Shown in pieces: positions 49,099 through 58,511 of a stretch of DNA of 64,000 nucleotides. Origin of the DNA: Limisphaerales bacterium (lineage in GTDB: Bacteria > Verrucomicrobiota > Verrucomicrobiia > Limisphaerales > JAJOIW01); assembly GCA_965657355.1 (NCBI GenBank), contig CBFHOE010000006.1:47217-111216 (forward strand). Reading direction: 5' to 3'. The translations under genes and the position numbers were made by a program. A model generated the notes under the pieces. It did not search any database and had not been told where the DNA came from. It saw only the letters and a list, made by a program, of their open reading frames with translations. The stretch's first letter is position 1. Every line of letters starts with the position of its first letter.

Positions 49099-52000
49099 AT
49101 GAACAAGTATAACCCAATCAATCGATTCGTATGCGTGTGGGCCATTTCTATTGCTTTCTCATGCTTTTATAATTATTTGAGAGCAGATATAGATGATGGC
49201 CTTATCGTTCATTTGGCCCTTGATGACGCTGAAGGAACTGTTGCTGCTGATTCATCAGGTAATGAAAATGAAGGAACTTTGTTTGATTTCGCAAGCGCGG
49301 GAACGCAATGGATTGAAGGCCAATTCGATAACGGGCTTGAACTAGGCGGTGGACATATCGCTGCTGATGGACTTCCAAATATGTCAGCGACTACGTGGGC
49401 AACATGGGTAAAGCTCACTTCAGACTCCAATTACGGTGCCGCCATTTCGGCTACGTTTGAAGGGGCGGGAGCCGGTCACAGTCTCGGCTTTCACACCGGA
49501 GGATCAATACGAAATCCCCGAGTATTGTGGAATCACAACGCAGGGCACCTTTCAATAATCTCACCAGATGCAGTAGAACTGGGGGAATGGAATCATCTAG
49601 CTCTAACTTATAATCCAGATGAAGAAATACTGATTCTTTATGTCAATGGTCAGGAGAAAGGGTCAGGTAACGTCGGGACTTCTGAGTTTAGCTCCATCAA
49701 TATAGGAAGAAGAGAGTCTTCAGAGAATTCGCCACTCAATGGAGGCGTCGATGATGTCGCCATATTTGATCGAGCGCTTTCGGCTGATGAAATCATGGAT
49801 TTAGTCAATGGCGAAGAAATCACAGACGGCCTTATACTTAATTGGAAATTAAATGAAACTGATGGGCTAGTTGCAAATGACTCCTCCGGCAATGACCATC
49901 ATGGAGCACTTGAAGGATTTCCACCTGCTGAAGTTGAGGACTGGACCATAGGTAGGGTCGACGGAGCATTAGATTTTAGCAAAGCAGCTCACGTCGGGGT
50001 ATCTGGATTTCCAGAAATGATAGATACAACGTGGTCAGTATGGGTCAATCTCAATGCTCAACCTAATTATGGAGCTGCCATATCGGCAACATTTGATGGT
50101 GCAGGTGCAGGGCATAGCCTTGGATTCCACACTGGAGGAACTGCGTATAATCCAAGAATCCTGTGGAATCATAATGCTGGACATGCGAGTATCATCAGCC
50201 CGGAACCAGTGGCACAAGGTGAATGGAATCATCTCTTGATGACATACGATTCAACTGCCGGGGAGGCGGCTCTATTTGTCAACGGAGAAGAGAAAGGAAG
50301 AAGTGAAGTCGGGACGAATCCGTTCTCATCTATAAACCTGGGTCGAAGGGAATCATCAGCTAATACATACCTCAATGCCATAATTGACGAGGTAAGAATC
50401 TACAATAGGGTTTTGGACACGCCCGAGATCCAGGAACTTGCTTCTCTAGGGGCTCCATCTGGACCACCCGAAATCGTCAAAAGCCCAGAATCTCAAACCA
50501 GATATGAAGGCAGCACTGCTCGCTTTTCTGTAGAAGCAACCGGGGCAGAACCACTTCGATATCTCTGGTTCAAAGGGGAAGAGCCCTTGAGGGATCAAAC
50601 CGAATCGACCTTTATTATTCAGCACTTAAAGTCAGGGGATGAGGGAGAATATTCCGTTAGAGTATCAAACGATGCAGGAGAGGTAAAATCAGAGACAGTA
50701 AGCCTTTCGGTAACGGGGGTTGAAGGAATTCAAACAGCGAGGCAACTCTTTCTCAAACTCGATGAATCAACCGGACTCAATGCCGCAGACGATTCAGGCA
50801 ATGATAATAACGGAACGCTGGAAGGATTCCCTGATGACTCTGGGCATTGGACAGACGGGCAGGTAGATGGAGGACTGGCGTTTGATGGCGCCGGTGGATT
50901 TGTCAGCATTGAAAATTCCGACTCACTCTCAAATTTGAGTGACGAAGCTTCATTCGCTTTCTGGCTTAACATCGATTCCTATGGACCTGAAGAAAATGCC
51001 GGAACATTTAACAGGGCAGCGAGCTTTCTTTTAAGTAAAGGTAATCATTTTCACGTTAAAATAATCGACGACCCGGGATCTGTTGCGCGTACTTTAGTCG
51101 TTAGAGGCGCCGAAGGTGATGCCACAAGCGCAGTCCCAAAGCAAGCGTCTGATGTAAATGCAGTTCAAGGCACGCTCACTCTGGATAATTGGCAGCATTG
51201 GATCATTGTTTACCGAAACGGTAAAATTTCTTTTTATCAAAACGGTTTTCGAGTTGGAGAACCTGAGGAGGGAATGCTTGGGGCTCCGAATATGGAACCA
51301 CTGACCATTGGAGATTTTGATTCAATCAGTGCTGGTTTAAGAAACCTGAGCGGCGTCATTGACGAACTTAGTATTTGGGGCCGCCCTCTTAGCGAAACAG
51401 AAATTCTTGAACTTGCAGGAAGAGACGTCACTGGCCCGCCCGTCATCGCGTCACAGCCAAATGATAGAAAAAGATTGGAAGGATCCTCCACCTTTTTTGA
51501 AGTTTTTGTTTCCGGAAAAAGACCTGTTACCTATCAGTGGTTTAAAGATGGTTCGCCAATAGAAGGAGCACAATCAAGCCGATTTGAGATAACCAAAATT
51601 TCTACAGAAGATGCAGGTGACTACACCGTGGCTATGACTAACTCACAAGGTGAGGTAACAACAGAGGCAGCGACTTTGGAGGTTGAAACACTCGGAGATG
51701 TCACCTCAGGCCTTGTCGCTTATTACCCATTTAACGAGGAGGATGGAGATAAACTCAAAGACGCTAGCGGCAATGGAATTGACGGAGATCTTCAGAATTT
51801 TGATGATGGATTTAGCAATTCGGGGGTCGTCGGGGGAGCGTTCTCCTTTGACGGATTGGACGATTTCATTATCGTTCCTCATAATGACCTTATGAATTTA
51901 ACCGATCAGGCGACTGTTTCTGTTTGGTTGAATCCGGTATCCGTATCAAATAATGGAGACTTTGATCGAGTTCTGAGGAAGGATGTAAACTTTGATCTCG

Positions 52001-53082
52001 TCTTGATAAATGGTGGCGTTGCAAGGGTTCATGGCATTAACAAAACCCCTTATTCTTCTCCAGCCGACACCGTTGTTAACGGAGAATGGCAGCATTTTGC
52101 ATACACCTTCAAGAATGAGCAGGTTCAGTGGTATAAAAATGGTGCCCCCGTTGGCCCACCGATTCCTGGTAATCTTGGAGCGACTAATAGCAATCCACTT
52201 GTTATAAGCAATTTCAAGCCAAGCAATGATATCCCCCGATTATTTGAAGGGCTCATGGATGAGCTGGGAATCTGGCAGCGCGCTTTAAGTGCTTCAGCGA
52301 TCGCTGGCATCTACGAAAACGGACTAAGAGGAAAACCACTGAATGTGGAATTTGAACCACTAAACATTCGTTCAGTTGGAACAGAAGTAGATAAAATTTC
52401 AATCGTCTTCTTCACGCCATTCGAAAATAGAGAACACAAAATAATCACCAAAACTGATTTTGGAATAGATGGATGGACGAATGTTCAGGATGTCGAGATT
52501 GCAGATTTGGGGCCAGGATTATTTCAAGCCAGCTTTGATCCCCCAGCATCAGGAGCTGGATTTTACAGAGTCAGTGCTATTTCACCCCCTCCTCTATTCG
52601 AGGCTAATTTCGAGGATGGAGGTTTAGAGGGATGGACTAGAGGTGGGAATCCCGAAGGCCTTTGGGAAGTCGGGCCACCTGTCACAGGCCCAGATGGAGC
52701 AGCTCAAGGAAGTAACGTCCTGGCAACGGACCTTGATGGAAACTTCGTCGATTTCACAGATTCATTTATCAGGACACCTGAAATAGATCTTTCGAATATT
52801 AATTCGGCCACTCTTAATTTTAGGGAGTGGTTTAGTGTCGATGACGTCGTAGATTTTCACCAGGTCATTGTTAACGTCGTGGAGCCAGGGGCTGAGAATG
52901 GAGAGGTCTTGGTAGAATTGTCGAGATCTGCCGGCACCACACCGGGTTGGACCGAAAAATCTTTGCGCCTAACTGGCGATGCTGTAGGAAGGAAAATACA
53001 AATCGAATTCCGCTTGGTGACTGATGACTTCAGGCCATTACCGGGTTGGTATATAGACGAAGTTTCAATCACCGAGAACTAA
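49099..53082 (+). CDS. Large secreted LamG-like jelly-roll (x4) / Ig-domain protein
   Basis: Track ORF is 49018..53082; the ATG at 49099 gives a signal peptide. Four 'DSSGN..G...WxH...GxxDEvxIxxRxL' modules, two Ig domains (YxWFK...YSV), internal 'FYRV', and a C-terminal 'GWYIDEV' domain. Confidence 0.9.
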   Translation: MNKYNPINRFVCVWAISIAFSCFYNYLRADIDDGLIVHLALDDAEGTVAADSSGNENEGTLFDFASAGTQWIEGQFDNGLELGGGHIAADGLPNMSATTWATWVKLTSDSNYGAAISATFEGAGAGHSLGFHTGGSIRNPRVLWNHNAGHLSIISPDAVELGEWNHLALTYNPDEEILILYVNGQEKGSGNVGTSEFSSINIGRRESSENSPLNGGVDDVAIFDRALSADEIMDLVNGEEITDGLILNWKLNETDGLVANDSSGNDHHGALEGFPPAEVEDWTIGRVDGALDFSKAAHVGVSGFPEMIDTTWSVWVNLNAQPNYGAAISATFDGAGAGHSLGFHTGGTAYNPRILWNHNAGHASIISPEPVAQGEWNHLLMTYDSTAGEAALFVNGEEKGRSEVGTNPFSSINLGRRESSANTYLNAIIDEVRIYNRVLDTPEIQELASLGAPSGPPEIVKSPESQTRYEGSTARFSVEATGAEPLRYLWFKGEEPLRDQTESTFIIQHLKSGDEGEYSVRVSNDAGEVKSETVSLSVTGVEGIQTARQLFLKLDESTGLNAADDSGNDNNGTLEGFPDDSGHWTDGQVDGGLAFDGAGGFVSIENSDSLSNLSDEASFAFWLNIDSYGPEENAGTFNRAASFLLSKGNHFHVKIIDDPGSVARTLVVRGAEGDATSAVPKQASDVNAVQGTLTLDNWQHWIIVYRNGKISFYQNGFRVGEPEEGMLGAPNMEPLTIGDFDSISAGLRNLSGVIDELSIWGRPLSETEILELAGRDVTGPPVIASQPNDRKRLEGSSTFFEVFVSGKRPVTYQWFKDGSPIEGAQSSRFEITKISTEDAGDYTVAMTNSQGEVTTEAATLEVETLGDVTSGLVAYYPFNEEDGDKLKDASGNGIDGDLQNFDDGFSNSGVVGGAFSFDGLDDFIIVPHNDLMNLTDQATVSVWLNPVSVSNNGDFDRVLRKDVNFDLVLINGGVARVHGINKTPYSSPADTVVNGEWQHFAYTFKNEQVQWYKNGAPVGPPIPGNLGATNSNPLVISNFKPSNDIPRLFEGLMDELGIWQRALSASAIAGIYENGLRGKPLNVEFEPLNIRSVGTEVDKISIVFFTPFENREHKIITKTDFGIDGWTNVQDVEIADLGPGLFQASFDPPASGAGFYRVSAISPPPLFEANFEDGGLEGWTRGGNPEGLWEVGPPVTGPDGAAQGSNVLATDLDGNFVDFTDSFIRTPEIDLSNINSATLNFREWFSVDDVVDFHQVIVNVVEPGAENGEVLVELSRSAGTTPGWTEKSLRLTGDAVGRKIQIEFRLVTDDFRPLPGWYIDEVSITEN

Positions 53083-53113
53083 AAAATACCAAAAAAGCAC
53101 GCGATCAAGATTC

Positions 53114-53146
53114 AAAAACCCTGTGGCACGGCTACAGGGGTTTTTT
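53114..53146 (+). terminator. Intrinsic terminator
   Basis: CCCTGTGGC-ACG-GCTACAGGG followed by G and T6, with an A5 run upstream. Confidence 0.75.
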
Positions 53147-53347
53147 ATATTCTACTCAATCGCACAAATACAGGGAGTCGACATTCAGCCTACAAATAAG
53201 GCAGATCCCGACGAGATAAGTTATGCCTGAATGTCTTTTCGCCTCTAAAAACTAAAAAGGTGGAAAAACTACAATTTTCATCATTTTTGAATTAGAAAAC
53301 GTCGAAAATAAGGAAAGATAAAAAATTGATGCGTTCAATCCCTTGCT

Positions 53348-54250
53348 ATGTTTGTGATTCGCGATTACAAGATTTCTATGATCCTGGGAAAGGTTGCTAT
53401 ATTAGGCCTCGGTCTACTAGGAGGCTCCATTGGGCTTGAGTTGCGCATGAGAAATCTGGCGGAGCGTGTGGTTGCCTATGCTCGGAGGGATCAGACCGTG
53501 GCTGAAGGAAGGACAATGGGGGCCGCCGATGAAATATCAACCAATCTTGAAGGCACTATCGCCGAGTCCGATTTGGTCATCCTGTGCACGCCAGTATTTC
53601 AGATGAAAAATCTGGCGGAAAAAATTGCCAAACTTCTCCCCAAAAACTGCTTGGTAACAGATGTGGGGAGTGTGAAGCAGTATGTCATTAGCCAAGTGAC
53701 GCCAGCATTGAATGACGCTGGGATTGAATTCCTCGGAAGCCACCCAATGGCAGGGTCAGAGAAAACGGGTGTCATGGCCGCACAAAAAGGCATTTTTAAA
53801 GGAGCGCATTGTGCCATAACTCCTACTTCAAATAATTCTTATGGCTCAATTGAAAAACTTAAAAAATTTTGGGGAAGTTTGGGCGGTGTTCCAATGGTGA
53901 TGGAGCCTGACAAACATGATGAAATGGTTGCACGATGTTCTCATGTTCCACATGTTCTATCATCTACTTTGTCCAAGTTTGTCCTGAATCCTGGGTGGCC
54001 CAAAGAACAGGCATCTTTGAGTAGCACAGGATTTAGAGATATTTCTCGATTAGCTAGCGGATCTCCTGAAATGTGGAAAGACATTTCCCTTTCAAATAAA
54101 GAATCTATTATCAACGCCATCTCAGAATGGAATGAAGAGCTCAATCAATTCATTAATGCCCTCGAAGAAATGGATGAAACCGCCATCCTTGACTTTTTTA
54201 AGGAAGCGAAATTACGGCGGGATTTGTGGCTTAAAAATTTTAAAAAATAA
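53348..54250 (+). CDS. tyrA: Prephenate/arogenate dehydrogenase
   Basis: GLGLLGGS, 'DVGSVK', 'HPMAGSE', 'SHVPH' and 'GFRDISRLA...PEMW'. Confidence 0.95.
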   Translation: MFVIRDYKISMILGKVAILGLGLLGGSIGLELRMRNLAERVVAYARRDQTVAEGRTMGAADEISTNLEGTIAESDLVILCTPVFQMKNLAEKIAKLLPKNCLVTDVGSVKQYVISQVTPALNDAGIEFLGSHPMAGSEKTGVMAAQKGIFKGAHCAITPTSNNSYGSIEKLKKFWGSLGGVPMVMEPDKHDEMVARCSHVPHVLSSTLSKFVLNPGWPKEQASLSSTGFRDISRLASGSPEMWKDISLSNKESIINAISEWNEELNQFINALEEMDETAILDFFKEAKLRRDLWLKNFKK

Positions 54251-55525
54251 ATGAATTTCTATAGTCAAATTGAATTAGTTCCACCAGATGATGACGGGTC
54301 ACCAGTAACCATTTCCATACCCGGGAGTAAAAGTATAACGAATAGAGCTTTGATTCTGGCTGCGATCTCCAAAGGCCAAACAACTCTTCATGGTGCCTTG
54401 TGGAGCGAGGATACTCAAATCATGGTTGAAGCTCTCAGAAAATTAGGGTTTTCAATTGAAGTTGAGAAGGATTTTTATGAGCCGTGTAATCGTATCATTA
54501 CAATTACTGGATTGGGGGGAGAAATCCCAAATAAGGGGAGCCAATCTGATCCCTTGGAGATTTATGTCGGTAATGCGGGCACGGCGGCACGATTCCTGGT
54601 CGCATTTTTATGCACAGGACAAGGTGTTTATCGCGTCTCTGGTGTCGACAGAATGCACAAACGCCCTCAAAAATCTTTATTCAAAAGCTTGAAAGAGCTT
54701 GGCTATAAAATTGAATCCAATGGCAATTTTCTTCCTGCAACAATTTATGGGGGAGGCCGTAAAAAAGGTGATGTCAGTGTTTCTATAGACGAGTCCAGTC
54801 AATTTGCATCCGCTCTCCTTCTCGTAGCAAAGGTCGGAGATTGGAATGTCTCTATCGAAAAAGAGGATGGCGATAATATGCCTTATGTGGAAATGACTAA
54901 AAAGATGATCAGTGGATTCCCGATAATGGGTGGCGATTATAAAATTGAACCGGACTCGTCAAGTGCAAGCTACTTTTGGGCCGCAGCTCATATCTTGGGG
55001 ATACCTATTAACATTACGAATTGGCCATCCACGACCTGGCAAATTGATACCTCTTTCCCCAATTACCTCCCAATACCTTCCGAACTTTCTCGAGAAATTC
55101 ACTTAGGAGATAGCATTCTTACCGCGATAGCTATAGCTCCACTATCGGAAAACCCATGCACCTTTAATGATCTTGGTCGTTTACGCGTTCAGGAATGCGA
55201 AAGAGTCATAGCAATGAGAACTGAGTTATCAAAACTTGGAGCCAATATTAAAGAAACTGGTGATTCATTATTTGTTGAACCAAGTTTGGAAAGTCTAAAT
55301 GGAGCTGAAATAGATACTTATGATGACCACAGAATAGCGATGTCCCTGTCGTTAATCGGCATTAAAGTTAGAGGAGTTCGTATAAATGATCCCGGGTGCG
55401 TAAAAAAAACTTTTCCAAATTTCTTTTCGAAATGGACGGCCCCGAAACCAAACGGCTTAGGCTTTTCCATCATAGATCCCAAAACTAAAAATCTAATTCC
55501 TTCAAAAGACCTCATTGTGGGGTAA
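54251..55525 (+). CDS. aroA: 3-phosphoshikimate 1-carboxyvinyltransferase (EPSP synthase)
   Basis: 'PGSKSITNR', 'GNAGTAARF', 'SSQFASALL', 'LRVQECER', 'DHRIAM' and 'KTFPNF'. Confidence 0.93.
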   Translation: MNFYSQIELVPPDDDGSPVTISIPGSKSITNRALILAAISKGQTTLHGALWSEDTQIMVEALRKLGFSIEVEKDFYEPCNRIITITGLGGEIPNKGSQSDPLEIYVGNAGTAARFLVAFLCTGQGVYRVSGVDRMHKRPQKSLFKSLKELGYKIESNGNFLPATIYGGGRKKGDVSVSIDESSQFASALLLVAKVGDWNVSIEKEDGDNMPYVEMTKKMISGFPIMGGDYKIEPDSSSASYFWAAAHILGIPINITNWPSTTWQIDTSFPNYLPIPSELSREIHLGDSILTAIAIAPLSENPCTFNDLGRLRVQECERVIAMRTELSKLGANIKETGDSLFVEPSLESLNGAEIDTYDDHRIAMSLSLIGIKVRGVRINDPGCVKKTFPNFFSKWTAPKPNGLGFSIIDPKTKNLIPSKDLIVG

Positions 55526-55587
55526 TTTTCTGCTTTTCTTAAAAATACTATCTTGCGCGGTCAGAGATCTTTTTTCAGGATCAGGCT

Positions 55588-56235
55588 GTGGAGAAAGATG
55601 CAATCGTTATATCTGTTGACGGAACCAGTGGAAGCGGAAAGAGCACCAATTCAAAAATAGTTGCTGAAGCGCTAGGGTTTACTTACGTGGACACAGGAGC
55701 CATGTACCGAACATTCGCCTGGTGGTGCCTCAAAAACAAAATTGATGTGGAAGACCAAAAAGAAATAGGTGACGCTATTACCTCGTGGGATCCAGAGCTG
55801 AAAAACCTAGGCGGAAAAATTTGGCTAACAATCGATGGGTATTTTCCTGAAAAAGAGATAAGAACAGAGGAGGTCAGTCGAATAGTTTCAAAAATAGCGG
55901 CTCATCCAGCGGTTAGGAAGTGGATGAAAGATTCCCAACAATCATGTATTCAGTTTGGCAGTCTAGTTATGGAAGGCAGAGACATCGGCTCCAACATTTT
56001 TCCGCAAACCCCATATAAATTTTATATTGATGCCAACATAGAATTAAGAGCAAAGAGAAGGCTAGCAGACGGCGTAAACGAGGATCTCGCTGCAAGGGAT
56101 AAATCAGACAGCCAACGCAAACATAATCCTCTGGTCATTCCTGAAGGAGCAGTTCTCGTCAACACATCAGGCCGAAACCCTGATGAAACCTCCAAATTTA
56201 TTCTCAACAAAATTAATGAGATAAAAGAAAAATAA
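55588..56235 (+). CDS. cmk: Cytidylate kinase
   Basis: 'DGTSGSGKST', 'DTGAMYR', 'EGRDIG' and 'RDKSDSQR'. Confidence 0.96.
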   Translation: MEKDAIVISVDGTSGSGKSTNSKIVAEALGFTYVDTGAMYRTFAWWCLKNKIDVEDQKEIGDAITSWDPELKNLGGKIWLTIDGYFPEKEIRTEEVSRIVSKIAAHPAVRKWMKDSQQSCIQFGSLVMEGRDIGSNIFPQTPYKFYIDANIELRAKRRLADGVNEDLAARDKSDSQRKHNPLVIPEGAVLVNTSGRNPDETSKFILNKINEIKEK

Positions 56236-56261
56236 TATTATAGAGTCTTTAGAAAGATTTC

Positions 56262-56927
56262 ATGGCATCAAAACCTAAAAGAAAATTATTCTACGATATC
56301 ACAGCTCGCTCATTAAGTTTGTTTTTCGGTTTATACTGCAGAACCAGCTGGCATGGACGTGAGAATGTTCCATCTGAAGGGTCTGTGATATTGGCGTCAA
56401 ATCACGCCAGTTTTTTTGATCCACCCTTAATTGGGTGCTCATTACCGAGAGAGATTTGCTATTTGGCTCGTGAATCACTTTTCCATTTCGGACCATTCGG
56501 AAAAATAATTTCAGCTCTAAACTCTATCCCAGTTGACCGGGATGGAGGAGGGGCAAAAGGTTTAAAAATGATTTTCTCAAAGTTAAAAGAAGGTGCAGGG
56601 ATCCTTCTTTTCCCAGAAGGGACCAGAACAGATACGGGCGAACTTCTCGAGGCAGAACCAGGGATAGGACTGACCATTTTGAAAACAGATGCTCCAGTAA
56701 TACCCGTTTATATTTCAGGTAGTTTTGATGCCTTTTCTAAAAATGATAAATTTCCAAAACCGAAAAAAATCTCTGTCCACTTTGGGGAACAAATAGATTA
56801 CAACCATATGCGAAGTGAATTTAAAAAAGCGAGTGCATCGGAAAGAAAAGAGTTTTATTTAAAAGCTGCTCAAAAATCTATGTCTGCTATCGCAGAAATT
56901 AAAGCTAGCCTGCCCGATAATACATAA
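56262..56927 (+). CDS. plsC: 1-acyl-sn-glycerol-3-phosphate acyltransferase
   Basis: NHxSxxD (NHASFFD) and FPEGTR. Follows cmk. Confidence 0.9.
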   Translation: MASKPKRKLFYDITARSLSLFFGLYCRTSWHGRENVPSEGSVILASNHASFFDPPLIGCSLPREICYLARESLFHFGPFGKIISALNSIPVDRDGGGAKGLKMIFSKLKEGAGILLFPEGTRTDTGELLEAEPGIGLTILKTDAPVIPVYISGSFDAFSKNDKFPKPKKISVHFGEQIDYNHMRSEFKKASASERKEFYLKAAQKSMSAIAEIKASLPDNT

Positions 56928-56938
56928 GCTTGATTCAG

Positions 56939-57573
56939 TTATTTCAATGTCATTTTTGAAAAGCTGGGTTTCTTAATTATTTCCCATGGGAAATAATAAA
57001 AACCAAGAATTGGAAATAAAGCTAAATGGTCGAGACCAAGGGCTGATAAACCAGCGAATATGAAGATTAATAAGTGCATCCTTACAACATTAACGTAAGG
57101 TAGCAGCATACCACTAAGATGGCTAAATTCAGACTGGTGGATTGGCAATGACTTCCACCTTGAAATAAACGTCCCTATGATCAGTGGCCATCCTTTGGCC
57201 ACTGCTGCTCCGGCCATAAAAAAAATAACTAACGGGCCATTTTTAAAAAAATCTATTTCTCCAATTGGAAAAAATGAGTAAGAAATGCTCCGTGCACCAG
57301 ATGAAATACTCCAAAATGGAATGTAAAAAATGCAAGAAAAACTGCCCCTTTGCGCTCAGATGGTTTTGATTTTATGACGATTTGGAAAATAAATAAAAGG
57401 AGCCAAATATAGCCGAAGGTAAGACTACAGACCCGCAGCCCCCAAATCACATCTTCCACTCGCCACTTAAATATTATAGCGAATAAAACAGTGGTCAAAA
57501 ACGATCCAATATTTGGAGCGAGACCAGAAATATTGTGATAACTCCCAGAAGGCGGTTTATCATTATTCAACAT
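56939..57573 (-). pseudogene. DUF6498-like membrane protein split by a 1-nt frameshift
   Basis: The 5' ORF has 'FFTFHFGVFHLVHGAFL' and the 3' ORF has 'PYVNVVRMHLLIF'. One extra T in the run at 57269-57274 gives continuous ...THFFPIGEIDFFKNGPLVIFFMAGAA. Confidence 0.65.
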
Positions 57574-57600
57574 TACATGAACTTATTCTCACTTGCTCAT

Positions 57601-58461
57601 TTACGTGGCAGGAATCCACTTTTGAAGTATCAGGGACAAAACAAAAAAGATGGTATATAGCAATAAACTTACTCCGCCCCACGGTTGGATAACAAGAAGA
57701 TCAGCCAATACAATTCCGGCGAGCAAATAGCTAACAGTACGCCCGGGGTTATAAACTTTTTTGTTAAAAATAAAAATCAAAGCAAAACCAGTCCATATAG
57801 CAAATGGGAAGACAAAGAAAAAAATCCTGACCTGGGGCTCAGGTGTGTTGAAAATGAAGGCCCATACAGCTGGAGCAGCCAGAAGAGCTACTGGCCATAA
57901 ATCAAATGGGCTGTCTATTCTTTCATGACGAGCGATATAGCTGAGCCCGACAACATAGCAAAACAAAAAAAGAGCTGTCCAAATTACGAACCCCGGTATT
58001 GGGCCCCCAGATGCACCGATAGCCCCCGCAAAAATTATCAACCAAAAACGACATGCTGCCATTATTATAGAGGACCAAGAAATCCGTTTATGAATCCAAT
58101 CGTACCATAAAATAGTGGTGAATAAGAAGAAGGCACAAATCAAGGCAGGGATACCTAATAAAGCACTGAGAACAAATCCCACAAAAAACCAAACTCCACC
58201 CTGAATCCAAACGTGAATCGCTGGGCAGTCACCTTTGGGAATTGGCCGACGAGGGGCATGCTTTTTGTCCCATTCTACATCGAAGGCATCATTCCAATAC
58301 ATTCCTCCGATATAAAAAAAAGTAGCACTAAGCTGCATCAACCAAAATTGTGAATTGAAAGCCGAGTTCCCCGTTAAGATCCAACCGGTCAAACAATTAG
58401 CCCAAACTGTTGGAAGGTTGGAAACACGCCCTAAAATCAACAATGATCTAATATACGCCAC
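57601..58461 (-). CDS. UbiA-family prenyltransferase (EboC-like)
   Basis: 'RVSNLPT', 'NDAFDVEWD...RPIP' and 'YDWIHK'. Adjacent to eboE. Confidence 0.88.
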   Translation of the reverse strand: MAYIRSLLILGRVSNLPTVWANCLTGWILTGNSAFNSQFWLMQLSATFFYIGGMYWNDAFDVEWDKKHAPRRPIPKGDCPAIHVWIQGGVWFFVGFVLSALLGIPALICAFFLFTTILWYDWIHKRISWSSIIMAACRFWLIIFAGAIGASGGPIPGFVIWTALFLFCYVVGLSYIARHERIDSPFDLWPVALLAAPAVWAFIFNTPEPQVRIFFFVFPFAIWTGFALIFIFNKKVYNPGRTVSYLLAGIVLADLLVIQPWGGVSLLLYTIFFVLSLILQKWIPAT

Positions 58462-58511
58462 GAGTAGGTTTTAGTTTTAGTTAAGCTGGTTGGATTATCG
58501 GCAATAGAAAT

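Noticed and set aside
53124..53140. TGGCAC as a second sigma-54 promoter
   Set aside because: No -12 TGC at the right spacing, and it lies within the terminator hairpin.
54251..55525. AroA as a degenerate enzyme because of 'QECER' and a short third quarter
   Set aside because: The main substrate-binding motifs are intact and it sits in the standard tyrA-aroA-cmk operon, so it is treated as a lineage variant.
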